A stretch of 32,000 nt of DNA, from assembly GCF_000186885.1 (NCBI RefSeq), contig NC_014972.1, positions 3,630,001-3,662,000 on the forward strand, in the 5' to 3' direction. The notes under the pieces are model-generated. The model was not told where the DNA came from. It did not search any database and saw only the letters and a list, made by a program, of their open reading frames with translations. Source of the stretch: Desulfobulbus propionicus DSM 2032 (GTDB lineage Bacteria > Desulfobacterota > Desulfobulbia > Desulfobulbales > Desulfobulbaceae). Positions 1 through 12,470 of this stretch are shown piece by piece. The position numbers were made by a program, and so were the translations under genes. The first letter of the stretch is position 1. The number at the start of each line of letters is the position of its first letter.

Positions 1-154
1 AGCAGCCCGAGGCGTCAAGCTCCTGCACGTCGGGAGGCACGGGCTGGTCCGGCGCGCCGATGCGGCCGTCGATCACCAGCAGGTCGGCGATTTCGTCTCG
101 TGAGTTGGCCGGATCGATAATCCGGCCGTTGCGTATGCGCCAGGTCGTGTTCAT
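1..154 (-). CDS. pyrC: dihydroorotase, N-terminal fragment (gene runs off the window edge)
   Basis: Minus-strand ATG at 154..152. Hand translation is MNTTWRIRNGRIIDPANSRDEIADLLVIDGRIGAPDQPVPPDVQELDASGC. This is the typical N-terminal strand pattern of amidohydrolase-type dihydroorotases (xDP...D.lI.dGkI...iDAsG). It lies 58 nt downstream of pyrB on the same strand. It is not in the ORF track because it is truncated. Confidence 0.6.
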   Translation of the reverse strand, partial: MNTTWRIRNGRIIDPANSRDEIADLLVIDGRIGAPDQPVPPDVQELDASGC

Positions 155-212
155 CGGCAACAGGCCTCGGAAAAACGGAAAGGAAGAAAGGATCGGAGCA
201 GCGGCCGGGCCA

Positions 213-1145
213 TCAGGAATTGCCCATGACCAGATACAGCAAGGCCATGCGTACCGCCACGCCGTTGGTCACCTGATCAAGGATCACCGATTGGGGTCCG
301 TCGGCCACGTCGGGATTGAGTTCCACCCCTCGGTTGACCGGACCGGGATGCATCACCAGGGCATCCGCCTTGGCCAGGGACAGAACCTGGCGGGAAATAC
401 CGAACTGTCGCGAATACTCGCGCAGGGAGGGCAGCAGCGGATCGTTCTGCCGTTCGCGCTGGATGCGCAGGGCCATGACCACGTCGGCACCGCGAACCGC
501 CTCTTCGAGCGAGGTGCAGACCTTGGCCCCCAGATGCTCGATGCCTTGGGGAATCAAGGTCCTGGGGCCGTAGAGGTGCACCTCCGAGCCCATGCGGGTG
601 AAGCCGACGATGTCGGACCGGGCTACCCGGCTGTGGGTGATGTCGCCAATGATGGCGATTTTCAGACCGCTCAGGGTGCCCCGGCGCTCCTTGACGGTCA
701 TCATGTCCAGCAACCCCTGGGAGGGATGCTCATGGGCGCCGTCGCCGGCGTTGATCACCGCCGCCCGCACGTGGCGGCTAAGCAGCAGCGGCGCCCCAGA
801 GCAGGCATGGCGGATGATGATGATGTCCGGATGCATGGCCGAGATGTTGCGGGCGGTGTCGGCCAGGGTTTCCCCCTTGGTGGTGCTGCTGGTCGAGGGA
901 CTGATATTGAAGGTATCAGCGCTCATCCGCTTGGCCGCCACCTCGAACGAGAGGCGGGTGCGGGTCGAGGGCTCGAAGAAGAGGTTGATGATCGTGTGGC
1001 CGCGCAGGGTCGGCACCTTCTTGATCGGCCGGGCCGAGATCTCCTTGAACGAGTCGGCGGTGGTGAGGATATGACTGATATCCTCGCGGGACAGCTGTTC
1101 AATACCCAGGATGTGGCGGTGCAGGAAAGAGTAGCCGGTTGCCAT
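213..1145 (-). CDS. pyrB: aspartate carbamoyltransferase catalytic subunit
   Basis: Track ORF 213..1241, trimmed to the internal ATG at 1145 ([19 protein letters not shown]...). ATCase signatures are present: [23 protein letters not shown] and [12 protein letters not shown]. Confidence 0.95.
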   Translation of the reverse strand: MATGYSFLHRHILGIEQLSREDISHILTTADSFKEISARPIKKVPTLRGHTIINLFFEPSTRTRLSFEVAAKRMSADTFNISPSTSSTTKGETLADTARNISAMHPDIIIIRHACSGAPLLLSRHVRAAVINAGDGAHEHPSQGLLDMMTVKERRGTLSGLKIAIIGDITHSRVARSDIVGFTRMGSEVHLYGPRTLIPQGIEHLGAKVCTSLEEAVRGADVVMALRIQRERQNDPLLPSLREYSRQFGISRQVLSLAKADALVMHPGPVNRGVELNPDVADGPQSVILDQVTNGVAVRMALLYLVMGNS

Positions 1146-1159
1146 GCTGCCTCCAGCGG

Positions 1160-1882
1160 TCAATGAACGATATCGCCAAGCCGACTCCAGCGGATGGAAC
1201 GAAGCCGGTCCAATGAAAACAGGGACTGCTGCACATCCCACGACCAGTAGATCATCCAGGCCTTGCCGCGAACCGCCTTGAGATCGACAAAGCCCCAGAA
1301 ACGGCCGTCAAAGGAGTTGTCCCGGTTGTCGCCCATGGCGAAGATCTTGCCTGCGGGCACCGTGACCGGACCGAAATTGTCACGCGGATCAAGGCTGGCG
1401 GGGTGAACCAACGGGTCGAGGAACACCCCGTGACGGTCGTCGAACGGCTTGCCGTTGATGAAGATTTTCTTGTCGCGGATCTCGACCGTGTCCCCACCCA
1501 CCGCGATCACCCGCTTGATATAGTCGAGCGACGGATCTCGGGGAAATTGGAACACCACGATGTCGTTGGCCTTGGGCGTGCTGATCGGAATGAGGGTGGT
1601 TCCGGTGAACGGCATCTTGATACCGTAGATGAACTTGCTGACCAGGATGTGGTCACCGATCTGCAGGGTCGGCAGCATCGACCCCGAGGGGATTTTGAAC
1701 GCCTGGATGACGAAGGTGCGGATCACCAGGGCGAGGACAACGGCGATGATGATGGCCTCGATGTTTTCCCGGATCGCGGATTTCTTGGGCTGTTGGGGGG
1801 TATCTGCCACGAATGTGCCTGTAAGTAGAGAGCAAAGTTGAAAAATTTTGCCAAGGCTACCCGATGGGCCGATAAAATTCAA
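1160..1882 (-). CDS. lepB: signal peptidase I
   Basis: Catalytic Ser box [10 protein letters not shown], Lys box [11 protein letters not shown] and [16 protein letters not shown]. There is an N-terminal TM helix ([16 protein letters not shown]). The start is uncertain: the longest ORF starts at 1882, and a GTG at 1810 is an alternative. Confidence 0.9.
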   Translation of the reverse strand: MNFIGPSGSLGKIFQLCSLLTGTFVADTPQQPKKSAIRENIEAIIIAVVLALVIRTFVIQAFKIPSGSMLPTLQIGDHILVSKFIYGIKMPFTGTTLIPISTPKANDIVVFQFPRDPSLDYIKRVIAVGGDTVEIRDKKIFINGKPFDDRHGVFLDPLVHPASLDPRDNFGPVTVPAGKIFAMGDNRDNSFDGRFWGFVDLKAVRGKAWMIYWSWDVQQSLFSLDRLRSIRWSRLGDIVH

Positions 1883-2003
1883 GCAGGTTTTGCCGGGAAT
1901 CTCCGGTGAATATCCCTAGGGCTTCGCCCCAATTCGGGTATACTGTGGGTATTTGAAACAAGACCGGTAGCTTGACCTTTCCCTCATCCTCCAAGGAGTG
2001 ACC

Positions 2004-3887
2004 ATGCGGCGTGGAGTAAAAACAATGGCCTTTGGATTGACCCTTTTCCTCGCCGGCTGCGGCGATCAACCGGAACAACAGGTTGTCGGTACCCCAGGCG
2101 GCGTCGCGGAGCCCATCGAACTGACCCTGCTGCACCTCAATGACCATCATTCGCATCTCGACCCGGAAAAGATCACCCTGCAACTGGACGCCGGCCGCGG
2201 CCGCGAGGCGATCACCGTGGAACGGGGGGGCTTTCCCCGGGTGGTGGCTGCCTTCAAGGAGTTGGCGCGGCAATCCGACCAGGTGATCAAGATCCACAGC
2301 GGCGATGCCAGCACCGGCGATCTCTACTCGCTGCTCAACAACGGCAAGGCCGATGCCGAGCTGATGAACACCATCTGTTTCGACACCTTTACCCTGGGCA
2401 ATCACGAATTCGACAACTCCGACGCAGGTGTCAAGCACTTCATGGACGTTCTCCATGACGGAACCTGCGCCACGCCGCTGCTGAGCGCCAATGTCCGCTT
2501 CGGCCCCAGCTCGCCCCTGTACGGCGCGCAAGCGCCGGAAGCGATTCTGCCTTCGGTGGTCCTGGAACGGGGCGGCCAGAAAATCGGCGTCATCGGCCTG
2601 ACCGTGGCCAGCAAGACCAAGCACTCTTCCCGGCCGAATGCGGACACCACCTTCATCGACGAGGCCGAAGCCGCCCAGGCGGAAATCGACCGCCTCCAGG
2701 CCCAGGGCATCAACAAGATCATCCTTGCCACCCACATCGGCTACCGCGCCGATCAGGCCCTGGTGAAGAAACTCAGCGGGGTGGACGTGGTGGTGGGTGG
2801 CGATTCCCACTCCCTGCTCGGTCCGGAGTCCTTGAGCGCCTACGGCCTCTCGCCCGAAGGCCCGTATCCCACCCGGAGCACGGACAAGGACGGCAAGCCG
2901 GTGTGCATTGTCCAGGCGTGGCAGTATGGTTCGGTGGTGGGGGAGTTGCGGGTGCGGTTTGACGCCCGGGGCGAGGTCAGTGCGTGTGCGGGCACGCCTT
3001 GGGTGCTGCTCGGCGACCAATTCAGCCGCCCCGAACAGGGACCGCTGACCGCTGCGGAAACCGCTGCCGTCCGGACCGACCTGGCTCGCGGCCAAGTGCT
3101 GCGGCTCACCCTGCCCGACCCCCAGGCCACGGCCCTGCTCGCGCCGTACAAAGAGCAGAAGGAAACCATGGGGAACATCGTGGTGGCCACGGCCCCGGAC
3201 AACCTCTGTCTGCGCCGCGTTCCGGGGAGCAAGCGCGACACGTCGCGCTCATCCCTGGGCGATGTCTGCAACAAGAGCGAGCGGGTCAACAAGCATGGCG
3301 GCGACATCCAGCAGGTGGTGGCCGAGGCTTTCCTCCAGCAGGGCAAGACCTTTTTCGGCGCCGATCTCTCCATCCAGAACGGCGGCGGCGTTCGGGTCGA
3401 TCTGACCAAAGGACCTATCACGGTCAAGGACGTGTACACGGTGCTGCCGTTCAACAACACCCTGGTGCAGCTCAATGCCACCGGCCAGGAGATCAAGAAC
3501 GCCCTGGAGGATGCGATCGACGGCGTGGTCGGTCCAACGAACAACACCGGCTGTTACCCCTATACCGGCGGCCTGCGCTGGCGGCTGGATCTGAACAAGC
3601 CCAAAGGCGCGCGTCTCTCCCATCTGGAGATTCGGACCACAGCCGGCGGGTACCAACCCTTTGATCTCGACAGAACCTACAAGGTGGCTACCATCTCTTT
3701 CCTCGCCGACGGCAACGACTCGTTCACCGCACTGAAACAGATCACCGGTGAACGGCGCATCGATGTCGGTCTCGATTATGCCGAGGCCTTTTTGCAGTAC
3801 CTCAAGAACCTGCCCGGCAACAACAAGGTGCTGGCGCCGTTGCCGCTGGCGGACTACAGCACCCAGCAATTCACCGACACCCCGTAA
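2004..3887 (+). CDS. bifunctional metallophosphatase/5'-nucleotidase lipoprotein (UshA/NadN family)
   Basis: Metallophosphatase motifs LHLNDHHSHL and GNHEFD, followed by a C-terminal 5'-nucleotidase domain (PFNNTLV, YKVATISFLADGNDSF). Lipobox LFLAGC follows a short signal peptide. AAGGAG lies just upstream of ATG 2004; the track start at 1998 is a GTG two codons earlier. Confidence 0.85.
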   Translation: MRRGVKTMAFGLTLFLAGCGDQPEQQVVGTPGGVAEPIELTLLHLNDHHSHLDPEKITLQLDAGRGREAITVERGGFPRVVAAFKELARQSDQVIKIHSGDASTGDLYSLLNNGKADAELMNTICFDTFTLGNHEFDNSDAGVKHFMDVLHDGTCATPLLSANVRFGPSSPLYGAQAPEAILPSVVLERGGQKIGVIGLTVASKTKHSSRPNADTTFIDEAEAAQAEIDRLQAQGINKIILATHIGYRADQALVKKLSGVDVVVGGDSHSLLGPESLSAYGLSPEGPYPTRSTDKDGKPVCIVQAWQYGSVVGELRVRFDARGEVSACAGTPWVLLGDQFSRPEQGPLTAAETAAVRTDLARGQVLRLTLPDPQATALLAPYKEQKETMGNIVVATAPDNLCLRRVPGSKRDTSRSSLGDVCNKSERVNKHGGDIQQVVAEAFLQQGKTFFGADLSIQNGGGVRVDLTKGPITVKDVYTVLPFNNTLVQLNATGQEIKNALEDAIDGVVGPTNNTGCYPYTGGLRWRLDLNKPKGARLSHLEIRTTAGGYQPFDLDRTYKVATISFLADGNDSFTALKQITGERRIDVGLDYAEAFLQYLKNLPGNNKVLAPLPLADYSTQQFTDTP

Positions 3888-3916
3888 TCGTGCCGGCGGC
3901 GCAAGGGGAAGACAGG

Positions 3917-3940
3917 GGGCGCCCGCACGGCGCTCTTTGC
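3917..3940 (+). terminator. weak candidate hairpin terminator after the nucleotidase gene
   Basis: GGGCGCC (3917-3923) pairs with GGCGCTC (3929-3935), giving 7 bp including one G-U, with a 5-nt loop. Only TTT follows, so the T tract is poor. Confidence 0.25.
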
Positions 3941-4118
3941 TCCCCGGCGCCACCTCAAGCACAGGGAGCACAACCGGCCGCTCCCCGTGGGGGGACGAGA
4001 GACAACGATCCTGAAACAGCGAACATCGTTTGGATGCGCAGGACAAGCCGTGCCATCCTTTCGCGAGCCGCACCTTTCATCTTTTGACACCGCCAGGCGT
4101 GCTGCTTATTTTCTGTGC

Positions 4119-4397
4119 ATGGAAAAGCAGAAAAGCCGTTTCGACATCGGTGTGTATCTGTTTTACGGCGCTGCCATTGCTGGCCTGTTTGCCGCCCTGT
4201 GGCGGGCGACCGACTTCTTTACCGCGGTTGCCGCAGTTCAGTTCTTTGGCCCGATCATCATCCTGCTCTGCATCGGACCCAGCATGTTCTGTGGAGAGCT
4301 GATCGACGCCGTGGCCAAGCTGTGGACCGAGCGGTTCAAGCACCAGGAACCACCGGACACCCCGGCCGCCGGAGACCACGCCCACACCACCGCCTGA
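4119..4397 (+). CDS. small hypothetical membrane protein (92 aa)
   Basis: Track ORF 3987..4397, trimmed to ATG 4119 (MEKQKSRFD...). Two hydrophobic helices are visible: IGVYLFYGAAIAGLFAALW and AVAAVQFFGPIIILLCIGPSMF. I recognise no family and see no clear SD sequence. Confidence 0.5.
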   Translation: MEKQKSRFDIGVYLFYGAAIAGLFAALWRATDFFTAVAAVQFFGPIIILLCIGPSMFCGELIDAVAKLWTERFKHQEPPDTPAAGDHAHTTA

Positions 4398-4589
4398 GCC
4401 TGAACGACCGCCATGGTCAGTCACTGGCAGGCCACCCGCAGAGCGGGGTCGACATATTGTGTCCCCTGCCCTTACCCACCAACCCAGCGTAATCCAACAA
4501 AAATATCAACCGAGCAATCCCGCCAGCGCAAAGCGTTGAACAGGATAGACCCTGTTTGGCGCCAGGACGTTTCGGTATCGCGCGGCATG

Positions 4590-4623
4590 AAAAAACAGAA
4601 GGGGCAACGGAATCCGTTGCCCC
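4590..4623 (-). terminator. rho-independent terminator downstream of secB (possibly bidirectional)
   Basis: Perfect 10-bp stem: GGGGCAACGG (4601-4610) with CCGTTGCCCC (4614-4623) and a 3-nt loop. On the minus strand it is followed by TTCTGTTTTTT (complement of 4590-4600). It lies about 40 nt after the secB stop. Confidence 0.65.
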
Positions 4624-4662
4624 CCTTTGCATTGCACCTGTGCGGACCCACTCAGTCGGGCA

Positions 4663-5127
4663 TCACGCATCCTTGTTCTGGCGCTGGGCGTTGTCGTAGA
4701 GGGCGATGAAGTTGATCGGCTCCATCAAGAAGGGCATGAAGCCGCCGTCCACCGCGGCCTGACAGACGATCTGGCGGGTGAAGGGGAAGAGCATCAGCGG
4801 GCAGTCGACCGCCAGAACGCGCTCGTGGTGCTCCTGGGGAATGTTCTTCATCAGGAACACGGCCGCGTGCTCGATCTCGACGATGAACATTACCGAATCC
4901 TCGTTGTTCTTATCCAATACCTTGGCGGTGATGGCGATGGAAACCTCGCTGTGGTCGTCGTCGAGCTTCTGGTTCTTCAGCTGCAGGTTGAAGTCCACCT
5001 TAGGATCCTGATTGCGCACCAGGAAGACCTTGGGGGCATTGGGGCTCTCAAAGGAAAAATCCTTGATGTACATCTTCTGCATGCGAAAAACCGGGATGTC
5101 CTGCTGTTCGGGGGTCTGGTCTGCCAT
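4663..5127 (-). CDS. secB: protein-export chaperone SecB
   Basis: 154 aa. The N-terminal FRMQKMYIKDFSFESPNAPKVF and later AVDCPLMLFPFTRQIV...GGFMPFLMEPINFIALY match the SecB family pattern. Confidence 0.9.
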   Translation of the reverse strand: MADQTPEQQDIPVFRMQKMYIKDFSFESPNAPKVFLVRNQDPKVDFNLQLKNQKLDDDHSEVSIAITAKVLDKNNEDSVMFIVEIEHAAVFLMKNIPQEHHERVLAVDCPLMLFPFTRQIVCQAAVDGGFMPFLMEPINFIALYDNAQRQNKDA

Positions 5128-5246
5128 GATCTGTCCTTGTGGGATGAAGTCAATAAAAACCGGCGTCAGGAGTCTGCGCCGGTCAGATGGTCCGTTCGGG
5201 GGTCATCGTACCAGGGGTTGGACCGGGAACACAATCAAAAAACCGG

Positions 5247-8084
<2,838 letters not shown>

Positions 8085-8199
8085 AACAAGTACTCTGCGG
8101 GGAAAGGAGGCCGGGAGCAGGCTGGAGCACCGCACAAAACGGCCTCGATCTGTGTTCGTCGCCGGGCTTGCCGCTGCGAGCGCTCAAGAGACAATTTCG

Positions 8200-8228
8200 T
8201 TTACCATGGCCCCGGCCTATGGTAGATT
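8200..8228 (+). promoter_or_regulatory. candidate sigma70-type promoter for glyQ
   Basis: TTTACC (8200-8205), an exact 17-nt spacer, then TAGATT (8223-8228) preceded by TGg (extended -10-like). It lies about 55 nt upstream of the glyQ ATG. Pattern match only. Confidence 0.3.
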
Positions 8229-8283
8229 GCCGCACAAATTGTAGCCACGATCACCCAACAATCAATACTGGAAAGATTTCACC

Positions 8284-9159
8284 ATGTATTTTCAGGACAT
8301 CATCGCCACCTTGAACAGCTACTGGGCATCCGCGGGCTGCGTTGTCATGCAGCCCTATGACATGGAAGTCGGCGCCGGCACCTTTCATCCCGCCACCCTG
8401 CTCCGCGCCCTGGGGCCCGAGCCGTGGAAGGCCGCCTATGTCCAGCCCTCGCGCCGTCCCACCGATGGCCGCTATGGCGAGAACCCCAACCGGCTGCAAC
8501 ACTACTATCAGTACCAGGTGGTGATCAAACCCTCGCCCAAGGATGTGCAGGCCATGTACCTGGAGAGCCTGGAACGGTTCGGCCTCAATCTGCTCGAACA
8601 CGACATCCGCTTTGTCGAGGACGATTGGGAATCCCCGACCCTGGGGGCCTGGGGGCTGGGTTGGGAGGTGTGGCTCGACGGCATGGAGATCACCCAATTC
8701 ACCTACTTTCAGCAGGCCGGTTCGGTGGACCTCAAACCGATCACCGTGGAGATTACTTATGGTCTGGAGCGGATCGCCATGTATCTGCAGAAGGTGGATT
8801 CGGTCTACGACATTGCCTGGAACGAGCATGTGACCTACGGCGAGATCTTTCACCAGGCGGAAAAAGAGTTCTCGGCCTTCAACTTCGAGGAGGCCAATGT
8901 CGCCGACCTGACCGTGGCCTTTGACAACTACGAGCGCGAGGCCCTGAAACTGGTGGACAAGGGATTGATCCTGCCTGGCTACGACTACTGCCTCAAATGC
9001 TCGCACACCTTCAACCTGCTCGATGCCCGCAAGGCCATCAGCGTAGCCGAAAGAACACGCTATATCGGCCGGATACGCAACATCGCCCGCCAGGTGGCCC
9101 AGCGCTACGTCGAGCAGCGCGCGGCCATGGGGCATCCTTTGCTCAAGGCAACGGTCTAG
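8284..9159 (+). CDS. glyQ: glycine--tRNA ligase alpha subunit
   Basis: [48 protein letters not shown]...[28 protein letters not shown] is near-invariant GlyQ sequence. 291 aa. Confidence 0.97.
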   Translation: MYFQDIIATLNSYWASAGCVVMQPYDMEVGAGTFHPATLLRALGPEPWKAAYVQPSRRPTDGRYGENPNRLQHYYQYQVVIKPSPKDVQAMYLESLERFGLNLLEHDIRFVEDDWESPTLGAWGLGWEVWLDGMEITQFTYFQQAGSVDLKPITVEITYGLERIAMYLQKVDSVYDIAWNEHVTYGEIFHQAEKEFSAFNFEEANVADLTVAFDNYEREALKLVDKGLILPGYDYCLKCSHTFNLLDARKAISVAERTRYIGRIRNIARQVAQRYVEQRAAMGHPLLKATV

Positions 9160-9929
9160 GCGAAACACAACAAGGGAAAAAGCAGCTCGGCGGGCAGCGA
9201 AAAAAACCGGACCAAGCGAAAAAATATCTGGCCTTTCAGAGTATTTTAAAGTAGATAAAATTCGGTTCGTAGTTGAGCATCTTCCCTTTTTATCCTGGGC
9301 TCAGGCACAGCAGTTCGAGTATCTGTGGTACATATCTTCTCCCCACAATCTTCCACACCATCCTCCTTCGAACGTCTTCATTGTGCCTGCTGTTGTTCCC
9401 TTTCCATGGGGTGTGCCCACTGAATGAACGGTTCCAACGGTCACATCGTTGTCTCCTTCCCGGCCCGCAATGGCCTTGACCGTTTGCTGCTTCCCCTGCG
9501 TTCCCCGATTTCCCCCCAGTCTTTGAAGACAGCTACAACACCCCCGTGGCGTGAAACCGCCCCGGTGGATGACGGTTGTCCTCATTTCTTGGATCATCGA
9601 CCCGTTGTCCCTTGCCGCCCTTTCTTTGCCCGGAGTTGATACCAAGTGACACCTTTTTTTCCCTCGTTGTCCAATCATTTTTCATTCATCCTGTGCAGGT
9701 TGGCGCGTGCTTTCTCTGCGTCAGCGGTTCACCCCTCCAAGGTGAAGCAAGAAACCGCCGCCTTCGGCGATTGGCTCTGGGAAGCGCATGACTTTTTTAG
9801 GGTTTTGCCAACACCTCCCGCTCGGTCCCGCATGCACCGTGGCAGGAGGTAGTAAGGTATAAACCCGCATTTGAAAAAGGCCCGTAACCGGGTCAGCTTG
9901 TTAGGTCGTAGACACAAGGAGGAACGGCA

Positions 9930-10130
9930 ATGGCAGAGGGAACAGTTAAATGGTTCAACGATTCCAAAGGGTTTGGATTTATTCAGCAGGATGGTGGCAA
10001 GGATGTGTTCGTCCACTATTCGGCGATCCAGGGCCAGGGATTCAAATCCTTGAAAGAGGGAGAACGGGTGAAATTCGAGGTGGTCAGCGGCGCCAAGGGG
10101 CCGGCTGCTGAAAACGTGACCAAACTTTGA
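9930..10130 (+). CDS. CspA-family cold-shock protein
   Basis: 66 aa. RNP1 is KGFGFI within [15 protein letters not shown]; RNP2 is VFVHYSAI. A strong SD (AAGGAGGA) lies 6-7 nt upstream. Confidence 0.95.
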   Translation: MAEGTVKWFNDSKGFGFIQQDGGKDVFVHYSAIQGQGFKSLKEGERVKFEVVSGAKGPAAENVTKL

Positions 10131-10147
10131 TCACCCACGTCGATGCC

Positions 10148-10184
10148 GCGCACGCCGCTTTGTCTTGGACAAAGCGGCGTGCGC
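10148..10184 (+). terminator. hairpin terminator after csp
   Basis: Perfect 17-bp inverted repeat: GCGCACGCCGCTTTGTC (10148-10164), loop TTG, GACAAAGCGGCGTGCGC (10168-10184). It starts 18 nt after the csp stop. The downstream tract is only weakly T-rich. Confidence 0.5.
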
Positions 10185-10417
10185 CGTTCGTTGCCCAATC
10201 CCCTCGCCTTCGCCCCGCCGCCAACGGTTTGGCGTGAGCACCTCTCTCTATCGTCTGCCCCCTTCCCGTCGTCTTCCTTGCGGTCAATGAACCGCTCGAC
10301 ACGTTCCCTTCGTTTTTTTCCTCGATCCAGCTGGTAAACAGGTACGCGCTACACGGAACGCCTCCTGTGCCGGCCTCTGCTACGGCCGACAAGCACAACA
10401 AGGCCGTTCCCTGACTC

Positions 10418-11629
10418 CTATTCGTGGCTGATCGACATCGCACTGCCGGAAGTCGCGTCTCCTTGATTCGGCGGCAACCATCGAATGCCCAGTAGCAGCA
10501 ATCCCGCCACAAGCGTTGCGGCGGCAAGGGTGAGAAAGAGGACCGTGTAGCCGAATCGGTCCAGCAGCAACCCGCCGATACAGGGACCGAGAAAAAACCC
10601 GCCCTGCATCATCACAACGAGCAGGTTCTGGTTCATGGCCCGATGGGCCGGCGGGGAAAGGTCGAACATGGCGGCCGCCTGCAGGGGCATGGCGATTCCC
10701 CAGCCCAAGCCGGAAAATCCCGCCAGGAGCGCCAACCCCGGACTGGAGGCGCACAGAGGGAGCAGCGCGTAACAGACACTCGCCAGCACCAACCCAGCGG
10801 CACAGAGCTGTACCTTGTGGCAGCGGTCGAACAACCAGCTGCCCAACAACCGGACCGCGATCATCACCACTGTGGCCGTGGAGAAAAAGAGGCTGGTGTT
10901 GACAATACCCCGGCTGAGACCGAACTGTTTGAAATAAAAGAACAGCGTGGCGTAACCGGAAAAAAAGAGCAAGGTCGAGAGCAGCAGCGTCACCACGGCC
11001 GGCGAGCGCAGGCTGGCGGCCATGCCAGCCAATCCCGGGGGAGACGGTTTCTCTCCCCTTTCTGCGTGCCGGGCGGCCGGGAGCAGGAGCAGCAGTGGCG
11101 GCAGCAGCGCCACCACGGCGGCCGCGTGGAGCACGGCGGGGAATGACGCGGCCTGGATGGCGCGCAGATCAAACAGAAAGGGGATGAGTGCATACGGGAG
11201 CAAGCGAACCAGCGAAACCCAGCCAAAGGCCCGGCCGCTCATTGCCGGGGGAATACAGCCGACCAGCAGGGCCATCAGGGCCGACAGCATACAGATGAAC
11301 CCGCCACCTTGGAACAGCCGGGCCACGACCAGCAACGGCACCGAGGTGACCTGGGACAGCAGCGCGAGTGCCATCGACAGCAGCAGCGAACCGACGACGA
11401 GCCAGCGACGGGCGTTGGCAGAGTGGACCACGGGCGCGATCAATGGCTGGATGACCAAGGCGGCCAGGGCATCGGCACTGAGGATGAAGCCCGCGCTTGC
11501 CGGGCTCAGGCCCAGTAACTGGAGATAGCCGGAAAAGGCGAAAAACAGGGCGGCAATGGCCGTGACCAGGGCAAATTGGAGATTGATCGCCACAAACCCC
11601 GGAGAGATGAGCCCACGCCCCTCAGTCAC
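10418..11629 (-). CDS. MFS transporter
   Basis: 403 aa, almost entirely hydrophobic helices (roughly 12), with an MFS-like loop after TM2. GTG start at 11629 overlaps the stop of the upstream FAD-subunit gene by 8 nt. It is the last gene of the operon. Confidence 0.8.
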   Translation of the reverse strand: MTEGRGLISPGFVAINLQFALVTAIAALFFAFSGYLQLLGLSPASAGFILSADALAALVIQPLIAPVVHSANARRWLVVGSLLLSMALALLSQVTSVPLLVVARLFQGGGFICMLSALMALLVGCIPPAMSGRAFGWVSLVRLLPYALIPFLFDLRAIQAASFPAVLHAAAVVALLPPLLLLLPAARHAERGEKPSPPGLAGMAASLRSPAVVTLLLSTLLFFSGYATLFFYFKQFGLSRGIVNTSLFFSTATVVMIAVRLLGSWLFDRCHKVQLCAAGLVLASVCYALLPLCASSPGLALLAGFSGLGWGIAMPLQAAAMFDLSPPAHRAMNQNLLVVMMQGGFFLGPCIGGLLLDRFGYTVLFLTLAAATLVAGLLLLGIRWLPPNQGDATSGSAMSISHE

Positions 11630-12470
11630 CCAAGGCCTCCACGAAGCGAACCGCTAGGTTGGCCGCCACCAGGCGGCGATATTCGGCCGAGGCGCGGAGA
11701 TCGCTGAGGGGCGAAACCCCTTGATGTACCGTTTGATGGATATGGCCGAGGGGTGCGCGGTCAACCCGAACACCAACCAGTTCCGCCTCCAACCCAGGCA
11801 GCCGGACCACCGTCGGCCCGACGCTGCCCCAGGCCATGCGAATATCGGCAATGACGCCTTCGTCGTCAAGTCGGGCCAGACCGGCAAAGCTGGTCACCGA
11901 GATGGCATGGGCCCTTCGACGACCGACCTTGACAAACCGCTCACGGGAAAAAGGCGGTGCCTTGGGCAGCAGGATGCGGGTGATGAGTTCCCCCTGTTGC
12001 CGTGCCGTCCGTCCGGGACCGTGGAGAAAGGCATCGAGCGGCAGCACCCGCCTGCCTGCGGGCGAGGCCAACTCGATTCGGGCATCATGCAGACACAGCG
12101 GTGGCAAGGAATCGCCCGCAGGCGAGGCGGTGGCGATATTGCCGCCGATGGTGGCCATGTTCCTGACGGCTGGGCCGCCGATGGTTCGGGCGGCTTGGGC
12201 CACCAGCGGCGCATGCCGCTCCACCAGCGGATCGGCGAGGATGCGGGCAAAGGGCGTGGCCGCGCCGATGGCCAGGAAAGATGAGTGCTCGGCCACGCCC
12301 TGCAGTTGCTCGATGCGGGCCAGGGAAAGCAAGGGAGGAGCGCTGCCCGGGTCCCTGGCGCGCAATCGGACCAAAAGGTCGGTGCCGCCCGCCAGCGGCA
12401 ACGCATCGGGATGCTCGGCCAGCAGATCCAGGGCCTGGTCCAGGCAGGTGGGGATCAGGACCGCGCTCAT
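11622..12470 (-). CDS. molybdenum hydroxylase FAD-binding (medium) subunit, CoxM/XdhB-like
   Basis: Track ORF trimmed to ATG 12470, which forms an ATGA overlap with the upstream stop. FAD-binding-5 motifs are present: LPLAGGTDLLVRLR and GGPAVRNMATIGGNIATASPAGD. The C-terminal CO-dehydrogenase-flavoprotein-like part contains DLRASAEYRRLVA. Confidence 0.85.
   Translation of the reverse strand: MSAVLIPTCLDQALDLLAEHPDALPLAGGTDLLVRLRARDPGSAPPLLSLARIEQLQGVAEHSSFLAIGAATPFARILADPLVERHAPLVAQAARTIGGPAVRNMATIGGNIATASPAGDSLPPLCLHDARIELASPAGRRVLPLDAFLHGPGRTARQQGELITRILLPKAPPFSRERFVKVGRRRAHAISVTSFAGLARLDDEGVIADIRMAWGSVGPTVVRLPGLEAELVGVRVDRAPLGHIHQTVHQGVSPLSDLRASAEYRRLVAANLAVRFVEALGD

Noticed and set aside
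60-1166. 368-aa + strand ORF over the pyrB region
   Set aside because: It is antisense to pyrB and has shadow-ORF composition, rich in Gly, Ala, His, Arg and Asp.
1857-3095. 412-aa minus-strand ORF
   Set aside because: It is antisense to the 5'-nucleotidase gene, which has a lipobox and metallophosphatase motifs on the + strand.
3987-4118. N-terminal extension of the 136-aa ORF upstream of the small membrane protein
   Set aside because: The extension (MGGRETTILKQRTSFGCAGQ...) is non-hydrophobic with arbitrary-looking composition. The internal ATG at 4119 gives a compact two-helix membrane protein.
9301-9678. 125-aa minus-strand ORF inside the pyrimidine-rich tract upstream of csp
   Set aside because: It has no SD, and its Gly/Thr/Arg/Cys-rich composition simply mirrors the purine-rich complement. 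I recognise no family. It is kept only as part of the non-coding-island finding.
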